Below are positions 16,924-24,676 of a stretch of DNA of 47,866 bases, in pieces. Origin of the DNA: Candidatus Pacearchaeota archaeon (GTDB lineage: Archaea; Nanobdellota; Nanobdellia; Pacearchaeales; GW2011-AR1); the NCBI GenBank assembly GCA_018304325.1, contig JAGVWM010000021.1, forward strand, positions 1 to 47,866, written 5' to 3'. Each line of letters starts with the position of its first letter. Position 1 is the stretch's first letter. A program made the translations under genes and the position numbers. The notes beneath the pieces were generated by a model. It saw nothing but the letters and a program-made list of their open reading frames with translations, did not search any database and had not been told where the DNA came from.

Positions 16924-18789
16924 ATGAATAAAAAAGAAAGATGGATTACTTTTGTAATAGTTCTATCAATTTTATTTTTATCATTACCATTAATTTCTGC
17001 AGCGTCAAATCAATCTAAAATAGACGATGCTTATAAATGTTTAAAAGATCAAATAGGAGATTCATGTTCTAAATTAACCTCAGAAGAACAGATATATGCT
17101 ATTCTTGCATTAGGAAATTATAAAGATTGTAAAAGTAAAGTTTTAGAAAACTCAAGAGACCAAGAGTGCTGGCCAAAGGCTAATTGTAAATTAAAAGATA
17201 CTGCCCTTGCATTGCTTGCTTTAAATCAGGCAAATGCAAACACAGAAAAAGTTGAAAATTGGTTGTTAAATCAGACCAAGGTTGCTGACGATTTAATTTG
17301 GTATTTACAGATTGATACAAATGATGCTTCTTTATGTACAATAAAATACAGCTCAAGTTCTTATCCAGTAAATATACTAAGTACAAAAAAAGTCTCTTCA
17401 GGAGCAGGTTCTTGTTTATCAATAAGTGAAAATGGTTATTGGTTAAAATTCGGTACAGGAAATTGTTTAAACAATGAATACATAATTTCTTGTGATAAAG
17501 AATTTACAACAACTTTGCTTTATAGAAATGCTGAATCATCAACAATACATGTTTCTCAAAATCTCCATTCAGAATCATCCAATGGTGAAACAGCTGAGAA
17601 AATAACATACAAATGTTTTCAACAAGCAGGAGCTTGTAACTATGAAGGTTCTTTATGGGCTACAATATCCCTTAATTCATTAAAACACGATACAAGTTCT
17701 TATTTACCTTATTTATCTGCTTCTGTAGACGAAAATGATAAATATTTCCCAGAATCTTTCTTATATGTTTTAACAAGAGAAGATGATTATCTTTCAAGTA
17801 TATTGCAAGATAATTTTAACGGTAAATTCTGGCAAATAGGAACATATGGCAAATTCAAAAGTACTGCTTTAGCTTTACTTGCACTCCAAGGACAAACTTC
17901 TAATGAAGCAGATAAAGCTATGACATATATCGTAGATGAAACTCAAGGAGCTAATGGATGTTTCAATAGTAATTTTATTGATACAGCTTTTCTTCTTTAT
18001 TCAGGGTGGCAAGATAATTCTGGTGGCGGAGGAGGTACAGGAGAATGTTCATCAGATTTAGACTGTTCTTCAGGTAATGAATGTCTTAATGGAATATGTA
18101 CTCCAATACAAAGTCAAAATTGTGTATCCCAAGGACATTTTTGTGTTCCAAGTTCTTCATGCGCAGGAATTGAATTTTCAGAACTTAATGGATGTTTAAG
18201 TTTTGAAGTTTGTTGTTCAGAAGACCTACCAACATGTTCACAATTAGGTGGAAAAGATTGTGAGTTAAATGAACAGTGTAATGGAGATTTAACAGAAAGT
18301 TCTGAAACTCTTAATTGTTGTATTGGAACTTGTGAACCAAAAGTAAATCCAGAACCTGAAATATACACTTGTGGAGTTGAGTCTAATGAAGCCTGTCAGA
18401 GTAATTGTATAGGTAATGAAGTCCAGGATAGAACTTTAACATGTTCTCCAGGACAAGTTTGTTGTGTAACTTCAAAATCTGGAGGAAGCTCATGGTGGAT
18501 ATGGGTATTATTAATCTTAATACTTATTGTAGTAATTGCAATTATATTTAGAAAAAGACTTAAGTTATTTATATTCAAATTTAAATCTAGATTCAAAAAA
18601 GGACCTGCACCTAACCAAACAAGGCCGCCATTCCCTCCAGGTCCATCATATAGGCCATCATATCCATCTAATACTCATCCTCGTCCAGTTTTTCCAGCAA
18701 ATGCACCTAGACCAATGCCTAGAAAAACAGGTGAAAAAGATAAAGAATTTGAAGAAACTATTAAGAGATTAAAGGAAATGAGTAAGTAA
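16924..18789 (+). CDS. Type I membrane surface protein: alpha/alpha-toroid (prenyltransferase/terpene-cyclase-repeat-like) ectodomain, Cys-rich stalk, TM, Pro-rich tail
   Basis: Signal peptide MNKKERWITFVIVLSILFLSLPLISAAS. Repeated ...ALALLALNQ / TALALLALQGQ motifs. Cys-rich CSQLGGKDCELNEQCNGDL...CCIGTCE. TM WWIWVLLILILIVVIAIIF. Tail ...RPPFPPGPSYRPSYP. Confidence 0.6.
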   Translation: MNKKERWITFVIVLSILFLSLPLISAASNQSKIDDAYKCLKDQIGDSCSKLTSEEQIYAILALGNYKDCKSKVLENSRDQECWPKANCKLKDTALALLALNQANANTEKVENWLLNQTKVADDLIWYLQIDTNDASLCTIKYSSSSYPVNILSTKKVSSGAGSCLSISENGYWLKFGTGNCLNNEYIISCDKEFTTTLLYRNAESSTIHVSQNLHSESSNGETAEKITYKCFQQAGACNYEGSLWATISLNSLKHDTSSYLPYLSASVDENDKYFPESFLYVLTREDDYLSSILQDNFNGKFWQIGTYGKFKSTALALLALQGQTSNEADKAMTYIVDETQGANGCFNSNFIDTAFLLYSGWQDNSGGGGGTGECSSDLDCSSGNECLNGICTPIQSQNCVSQGHFCVPSSSCAGIEFSELNGCLSFEVCCSEDLPTCSQLGGKDCELNEQCNGDLTESSETLNCCIGTCEPKVNPEPEIYTCGVESNEACQSNCIGNEVQDRTLTCSPGQVCCVTSKSGGSSWWIWVLLILILIVVIAIIFRKRLKLFIFKFKSRFKKGPAPNQTRPPFPPGPSYRPSYPSNTHPRPVFPANAPRPMPRKTGEKDKEFEETIKRLKEMSK

Positions 18790-18892
18790 CCATTTTCTTT
18801 GTATCAATACCATTCCCAATTCTTTAACATTGTTACCACTACATAATTTCTCAAAGAGAAAACTTTATAAATAGACCATTTATTAATAAATT

Positions 18893-19585
18893 ATGGAAAG
18901 TGTAGAGTGTGGAATAGTTGATGTAGAACCAAGAAGTTCACTTCCAGAAACAAGATTAGAAACAAGATTACTTAGAGTTCCACACAAAAATGGGATATTG
19001 GTTGTTAGATATCCTGCTTTTGGACCAAATTCTTATTCAAGTAATTTAGAAAGTATGGGAAAAAGATATTTTCATTCAACCCGATTTCCAGATATTTCAT
19101 TCAGACCAGCAACTACACCTGAATCTGTTTCAGCATCTGCTTATAAATTTGGAAAAATAGCAAAGAAAGAAATTTTTAATCCAAATTGTTTACAAGTAGG
19201 ACCTATTGTAAGAACATCAGAAGGAGTTTTTGCAAATACTAAAGAAGTTGATGAATCAGTTCTTAAATTTGCATATACAGAATATGAAACATTTAAGAAT
19301 GGATTTCAAGATTCTAGAGATTTTTCTGAAAGTGGTTTAGCAAGGCTATTAGAGCACACTTGTGAAAGCTCAGCACCAAATCTAAGAGAAATTTCTTCAG
19401 CTGAAAATTATCCAAATGGAGTTAAGGTTTTTGGATTTGATAGTGTTAAGGAACCTGTATTAAGAGTTGCCGGTCTGTATTCCTACGGGAGCGGATTGCG
19501 TGTTGATGGCGGCCTTGGTGACGGGGGCGGTTATGCTTTTGGGGTGCGTAGTACAGACGCCTTAGGCGTCGTCGAAAAAAATTAG
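18893..19585 (+). CDS. DGR target protein (C-terminal variable region)
   Basis: The last ~37 codons (GLYSYGSGLRVDGGLGDGGGYAFGV...) align to the A-rich template at 19840-19914. No signal peptide. Confidence 0.7.
   Translation: MESVECGIVDVEPRSSLPETRLETRLLRVPHKNGILVVRYPAFGPNSYSSNLESMGKRYFHSTRFPDISFRPATTPESVSASAYKFGKIAKKEIFNPNCLQVGPIVRTSEGVFANTKEVDESVLKFAYTEYETFKNGFQDSRDFSESGLARLLEHTCESSAPNLREISSAENYPNGVKVFGFDSVKEPVLRVAGLYSYGSGLRVDGGLGDGGGYAFGVRSTDALGVVEKN
19475..19546 (+). repeat. DGR variable repeat (VR1)
   Basis: CTG TAT TCC TAC GGG AGC GGA TTG CGT GTT GAT GGC GGC CTT GGT GAC GGG GGC GGT TAT GCT TTT GGG GTG, in frame with ORF 18893..19585. Confidence 0.75.
19556..19570 (+). promoter_or_regulatory. 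GC-rich hairpin just 3' of VR1 (candidate DGR target-recognition element)
   Basis: GACGCC-TTA-GGCGTC. It is absent at the equivalent position after the TR. Confidence 0.5.
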
Positions 19586-19839
19586 AAGGTTTTATTAATA
19601 AATAATTCTTGTTCATCTAGTCTTAGTTTGGTATTAATGCCTTTCTAGGGCCACACGCCTATTAACCAGTACATCATTTAAATTTATTTTATGTTATAAA
19701 ATACAATCTTGACATTAAGTAATAATTTTAATAAGAATAAATTATGAAATATGAAAAGATGGTGCTTCCTTTGAGAAAACTCATTGACTAGAAGTCCTTT
19801 TTAGGAAAGGTTAAGAGGCTATGTAGTTCTGTCGCTTAT

Positions 19840-19914
19840 CTGAATTCCAACAGGAACAGATTACATGTTAATGGCAACAACCTTGATAACAGGAACGGCT
19901 TTGCTTTTGGAATG
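19840..19914 (+). repeat. DGR template repeat (TR)
   Basis: CTG AAT TCC AAC AGG AAC AGA TTA CAT GTT AAT GGC AAC AAC CTT GAT AAC AGG AAC GGC TTT GCT TTT GGA ATG. It is non-coding, and 8 of its 25 triplets are AAY. Confidence 0.75.
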
Positions 19915-20027
19915 GCCCTAGTTCTAAGACCTTTTATTTTTTTAATGCTCTATAAAAAGATTACAAAATATCCACCCATAAATTTTCGCATAATTAAATT
20001 TATTAATCCTTATTCTATATTAGTTTA

Positions 20028-21311
20028 ATGAAAAGAGGAATTGCAATATTTTTTATTCTAATATTTAGCTTTACATTAATGTCTGCTTTAAACATAACTC
20101 TTGATAAAAATAGTTTTAACAAAGGAGAAACTCTTATTTCAAGTATTTCTGGTGTTATAACAGAACCTATTGATAAATCAAATATAGGTTTTTATAATGG
20201 TCATGTGCAAATCCCAATAACTTTTGATATTGTTAAAATTAACGAAACATATTACATCTATGGCATATTGCCATTTCAGGAAGGAAATTATTCATTAAGA
20301 GTAAATGAAGTTAATTATAAAGAGTTTAATCAAAATAAAAAACAAGACTTAGATGTTAATTTCACAGTTAGTTCAGGTGTTGCTGATTTTGCAATAAATC
20401 CAGGTGCTTTTATAACAAGTTCAAGCCAGGATTTAACTTTATCTAATTATCTTGATAAACAAATAACTATTTATTATGAAACTGATAACGAGAAAAATAA
20501 ATCATTTACAATTCCACCACAAGAAAATAAAAAGTTTTCACTAAATACACAAGATTTTGATAATACTTATGCAGGAATGGTTATTTTTACATCAAGTACA
20601 GGTTTTGTTTATAATATTCCTGTTTATGTAATAAAAAATGAAACAAATAATGTTATAAACAAAAATGAAACAGAAAGACTTTCTTTTTCTTTAACTAGTG
20701 TTGATGCTCAGCTAAAAAAAGGAGAATCATATGTTTATACATCAAATATAAAGAATAAAGGTAATAACTTGGAAAACATAAGTATTTTCGTTTCTAAAGA
20801 TATTAAAAAGTACGTTAACATTTCAATTTCTAATTTAAGTTTAGATAAGGAAGAAGAAAAAGAAATAAAAATAGGTGTTTTGTTCGATAAAACGGGAAAT
20901 TTTTCAGGAACAATAACTGCTACAACATCTAATTTTTCTGATGTTATTAATTTAGAATTCTCAATTGGAGAAGATACAGTACCTGTAAGTTCAACATTTA
21001 ATAACCGAACATGCTCAAATTTAAATGGGAAAACATGTTCAAGTTCTCAGAAATGTTCTGGGAATATTGAATTTACAAAAGATGGAAGTTGTTGTATAGG
21101 TTCATGTGTTAATAAAAATATTACCCCAGCTACTGGAAGTTCAACAAATTGGATTGCAGTTGTAGTAATTGTTTTAATATTAATTGCTATTGCTGGCTTC
21201 TTTTTTTGGAAAATAAAGAAAACAAAAAAAACTCCAAGAGATGTTTTAAAAGATAAGTCAAAGTCTTTTTCAGATAGATATGAAACTAAGGGTAAATTAA
21301 GAAATTACTAA
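20028..21311 (+). CDS. Surface protein with signal peptide, beta-rich ectodomain, Cys-rich stalk and C-terminal TM anchor
   Basis: MKRGIAIFFILIFSFTLMSA; ...CSNLNGKTCSSSQKCSGNIEFTKDGSCCIGSC...; TM WIAVVVIVLILIAIAGFFFW. Confidence 0.6.
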   Translation: MKRGIAIFFILIFSFTLMSALNITLDKNSFNKGETLISSISGVITEPIDKSNIGFYNGHVQIPITFDIVKINETYYIYGILPFQEGNYSLRVNEVNYKEFNQNKKQDLDVNFTVSSGVADFAINPGAFITSSSQDLTLSNYLDKQITIYYETDNEKNKSFTIPPQENKKFSLNTQDFDNTYAGMVIFTSSTGFVYNIPVYVIKNETNNVINKNETERLSFSLTSVDAQLKKGESYVYTSNIKNKGNNLENISIFVSKDIKKYVNISISNLSLDKEEEKEIKIGVLFDKTGNFSGTITATTSNFSDVINLEFSIGEDTVPVSSTFNNRTCSNLNGKTCSSSQKCSGNIEFTKDGSCCIGSCVNKNITPATGSSTNWIAVVVIVLILIAIAGFFFWKIKKTKKTPRDVLKDKSKSFSDRYETKGKLRNY

Positions 21312-21865
21312 TTTTGCTTTTTCTTTCCAGATTTTTTACTAGTTTTTTCTTCTTTAATTTCATTAGTTTTTTCTTGTTCTGATGAATTACTTATTGATAA
21401 ACCAGTTTGTTCCATCAAACTTTTTAGTTGATTTTCAAGTATTTCTCTATCAACCAAAATCTTTTTAGTTATTTCATCATATCTATGAAGTCTCACTACA
21501 ATTCCTGTAAGTATTCCACTAATATCATTATTTTTTAATATAAAATTCTCAGGAGAGATAATTTCTATATTGGATGGCATATAATTAAATGTAGCCATAA
21601 GTAAATGTTCTACCTCATCAAATTCAACTTCAATATCTGCAAATGTTGTAAAAAGCTTTTGTTTAACACTTATTTTTTTATTCTCATTTTCCCCTTCCAT
21701 ATTGTATTCTACAGGATCATGAACTGTTTTTTGCAATATTTTTGTTCCTTTTTCATTACCCATCCTATCAATTAACTGTTCCATTGTTAATTTAACATGG
21801 TCTGCTGGACGTCCAAGTATCTCTATTATAAATCCAACCTTTATTTTTTGTTTTTCTTGAGCCAT
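21308..21865 (-). CDS. Hypothetical protein (185 aa, Lys/Glu-rich tail)
   Basis: Clean ORF with a 4-nt overlap with the convergent neighbour. No motif recognised. Confidence 0.45.
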   Translation of the reverse strand: MAQEKQKIKVGFIIEILGRPADHVKLTMEQLIDRMGNEKGTKILQKTVHDPVEYNMEGENENKKISVKQKLFTTFADIEVEFDEVEHLLMATFNYMPSNIEIISPENFILKNNDISGILTGIVVRLHRYDEITKKILVDREILENQLKSLMEQTGLSISNSSEQEKTNEIKEEKTSKKSGKKKQN

Positions 21866-21866
21866 T

Positions 21867-22592
21867 TTAAAGTTTTTTTAATATTAGTATTATTAAAATA
21901 AAGACTAAAAAAAGAGTGAATCCATAAAAAGAATACTCTTTTATTTTTTCATTTTTTGATTTACTAACTTCTATTTTACTCTTGTCATCTTGGTTTTTTA
22001 TATCTTGTGGTGATGATTTTAAGTATATAATTTCATTTATTTGGTCATCTTGTGTATGTTCAATTACACTTTCTACATTTATTTCTTCTTGATTTCCAGT
22101 AGTTTGATTTTCTTCTGATTTTTCTTTTGTTACAACTTTATTTTCTTCTTTAATTTCATTTTTGTCTATGGTGTTTGATGTAATAGTATTTATTTCTGAA
22201 GAATAATCTTTAAATGAAAAAGTTTTATCCTTTGAATCTCTTATTTTAACATCAATATTAATCTTACCAATATAACTTTCTGTTAGCTTAAAGATAAAAC
22301 TTTGCCCAATCTCACCATTTTTAATTCCCTTGTCAATATAGTAATAAGTAGACTTATAACCAGATCCAGAGTCGAAAATATTAGCAACCCTTTTCCCATT
22401 TCCAAGTATATCTATTTTAATATCATAATTATCATCTGGAAAATCTTTCAAAGTTAAATTAATACTAAAATCTTCAGTATTTATTATACTAGGGTAATCA
22501 AGATCAATTTCACTAGCATAAACTAAAATAGTTAAATATAAAGTTAAAAAAATTAATGCCAAACACCTGGAATTTTTTTTCCGCAAGTACAT
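21867..22592 (-). CDS. Secreted protein with C-terminal TM anchor
   Basis: N-terminal hydrophobic CLALIFLTLYLTILVYA and C-terminal FYGFTLFLVFILIILILKKL. Confidence 0.5.
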   Translation of the reverse strand: MYLRKKNSRCLALIFLTLYLTILVYASEIDLDYPSIINTEDFSINLTLKDFPDDNYDIKIDILGNGKRVANIFDSGSGYKSTYYYIDKGIKNGEIGQSFIFKLTESYIGKINIDVKIRDSKDKTFSFKDYSSEINTITSNTIDKNEIKEENKVVTKEKSEENQTTGNQEEINVESVIEHTQDDQINEIIYLKSSPQDIKNQDDKSKIEVSKSKNEKIKEYSFYGFTLFLVFILIILILKKL

Positions 22593-23548
22593 TTTCCTTC
22601 TTTTATGTTATTTTCAATTAAATTATTATTTTCCCTAGTAACTAATTTTCTTTTGCATTCAGAACAAAAAGTAGTAACTCCTTCTTCCCATCCAGGTATA
22701 TGTGAGTAAACATATTTCATACCTGCATCCATAGCTATTTTTCTTGCTTTTTTCAAAAGTTGTTCATCAACATAATTTTTAGACACAAAATGTAAAGGGA
22801 CTTCTGAACTAAGATTATTTAATACCCAAGATATAATCTTCCTCACATCATATAAACTATAATGTATCTCAGTTATCACTGGCATATAAATTTCTAGCCA
22901 TACTCCTTCGTCATAGAGAATTTTTGTTGATTTCAGGACAGAATCTAAATTTCCATCCAAGACATTTTTGTAAAAATCTTCAGTCATACCCCTTATTTCA
23001 ACAACAGCCCCATTTAATTTTTTAGATATCTCCTTTAAAGGGTCTTCTTCAATAAAGGCATTTGTTTGTATAACATGTTTCAAGGATTTATTATTCGTAA
23101 TTAAGTCGTCTACAAATTCATATGACATCATAGGTTCATTATAACCATGACAAATTATATTTATCTTTTTTTTCAAAACATCTTTTCCTATTTGGCTTGG
23201 AGTTTGGTTTACAGTGGGAATATTATCTACGTCTTTTCCACTTAATTCGTTTTCATACCACTCTTTATCTAAAATATTTCCTACTGATGAAATCAATAAA
23301 GCTTCATTACCTGGAAGAAAATGGAAAAAGCCTAACTCTTCTATAGAATTTGTTCTGCTCAAGTAAATTTTACCATAATTCATAGCCTTTAATTTACCAT
23401 CAACATTTTGTTTTACTTTACATTTTCCAGTTTCACCATTACCAATTATGCACTTATGAGGACATAACTTACAGTGCACTTTTTTGTCATTTAACTTTTT
23501 GTAAAAAGACGCCTCTTTGAATCTCATGCTTTTTTTAAGAATAAGCAA
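22553..23548 (-). CDS. AmmeMemoRadiSam-type radical SAM enzyme homologue lacking the CxxxCxxC cluster motif
   Basis: N-terminal VHCKLCPHKCIIGNGETGKCKVKQN and C-terminal TTFCSECKRKLV...EGKCTCGKKIPGVW match the family. The expected VGCNxxCxxCQNWEIS region reads VGNILDKEWYENELS. Confidence 0.6.
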   Translation of the reverse strand: MLILKKSMRFKEASFYKKLNDKKVHCKLCPHKCIIGNGETGKCKVKQNVDGKLKAMNYGKIYLSRTNSIEELGFFHFLPGNEALLISSVGNILDKEWYENELSGKDVDNIPTVNQTPSQIGKDVLKKKINIICHGYNEPMMSYEFVDDLITNNKSLKHVIQTNAFIEEDPLKEISKKLNGAVVEIRGMTEDFYKNVLDGNLDSVLKSTKILYDEGVWLEIYMPVITEIHYSLYDVRKIISWVLNNLSSEVPLHFVSKNYVDEQLLKKARKIAMDAGMKYVYSHIPGWEEGVTTFCSECKRKLVTRENNNLIENNIKEGKCTCGKKIPGVWH

Positions 23549-23552
23549 TTTA

Positions 23553-23762
23553 TTAATATTTTTGTTCTGGATTTTTATCTTTTTTTAATTTGAATACTGA
23601 AAAATTGTCATGATTTCTGGTTGTATCTTTAGTCCAGTCTTCATGTTTATCAACATAATTACTAATTGTATCATCTAAATAACTAACAGTTTCACATCCA
23701 CTAGAAGAAATAATCATAACTGAAGATAAAACCATAGCATAAAATCCTCTCCTTATGTCCAT
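23553..23762 (-). CDS. Small putative lipoprotein
   Basis: MDIRRGFYAMVLSSVMIISSSGC is an RR-containing n-region, an h-region and a lipobox-like SSGC. Confidence 0.4.
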   Translation of the reverse strand: MDIRRGFYAMVLSSVMIISSSGCETVSYLDDTISNYVDKHEDWTKDTTRNHDNFSVFKLKKDKNPEQKY

Positions 23763-23804
23763 TTTTTCATTTTGTAATTTATTATTATAAACATTATTGT
23801 AATG

Positions 23805-24191
23805 TTATGATATTAATTGACCAAGTCTTTTACCGCTTTTTTTAGCATCTTCAAGAGAAATAGCCCAATTGTTTCCTGTATCTCTGAGATTCTTAGGTTC
23901 AATAAACAACCAACCTTCTCTTAGAAATTTTAAAGCAATAATTGGTTTTAACCCCATCATACTGGCAAAAACAATAAAATCATTTATCTGATCCTTGCTT
24001 ATATACTGGATATTTTTTCTTGTAGATTTACATTCTATTGCAAGTTTCTTTCCGACTTTTCCAGCAATTATATCACAGGGACTTTCATCATTCACCCCGC
24101 TTCCAGCAACTCTCGCAGCTCTCCATCCGTTTTCAGAAAACATTTTTAATAATTCTCGTTCGTTATTTGACCCTTTGTGTTTGTTGGACAT
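23805..24191 (-). CDS. hjc: Holliday junction resolvase Hjc
   Basis: KGSNNERELLKMFSENGWRAARVAGSG...PCDIIAGK...LAIECKST...IYISKDQINDFIVFASMMGLKPIIALKF. Confidence 0.8.
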   Translation of the reverse strand: MSNKHKGSNNERELLKMFSENGWRAARVAGSGVNDESPCDIIAGKVGKKLAIECKSTRKNIQYISKDQINDFIVFASMMGLKPIIALKFLREGWLFIEPKNLRDTGNNWAISLEDAKKSGKRLGQLIS

Positions 24192-24275
24192 AATTATAGG
24201 TTAAATAGAAAACTTTAAATACTAGTTTAGTCACTTAATAGTAGTTATAAATAAGGTAAAATAGGTAAAAATAAA

Positions 24276-24674
24276 ATGCAAACACGAAGGGATTTTTTAA
24301 AAAGTGCAGGTTTAGGAATTTTAGCTTTAGCTAGTGGATGTACTACAACTGATTATACTAGTAGAGATGATTTTTCAGAGTTTACAAGATATCTTGGAAG
24401 GTCATGGAATAGTTTACCGAATGATAAAAAAAGAGAAACTCTTGAAAAATGGGATGAATATACAGACAAGGAAAGAAATTTTATATTAGAATTTTATAAA
24501 AAACCAGAATTAAAAGACAATGAACTTGATAAAGAAGAAATTGAAGAGCTTAAAGAAATAGTAGATTATTTTCCGTGGATTAATAAAAATGAGTTATCAG
24601 TTAGAGATAAATCTTTTTTATTGAAAGCTTATACAGAAACTATTAATATGTTAGCAATAGTTGATAGATTTTAG
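24276..24674 (+). CDS. Putative Tat-signal lipoprotein
   Basis: MQTRRDFLKSAGLGILALASGC carries a twin-arginine motif plus a lipobox. Confidence 0.5.
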   Translation: MQTRRDFLKSAGLGILALASGCTTTDYTSRDDFSEFTRYLGRSWNSLPNDKKRETLEKWDEYTDKERNFILEFYKKPELKDNELDKEEIEELKEIVDYFPWINKNELSVRDKSFLLKAYTETINMLAIVDRF

Positions 24675-24676
24675 TC

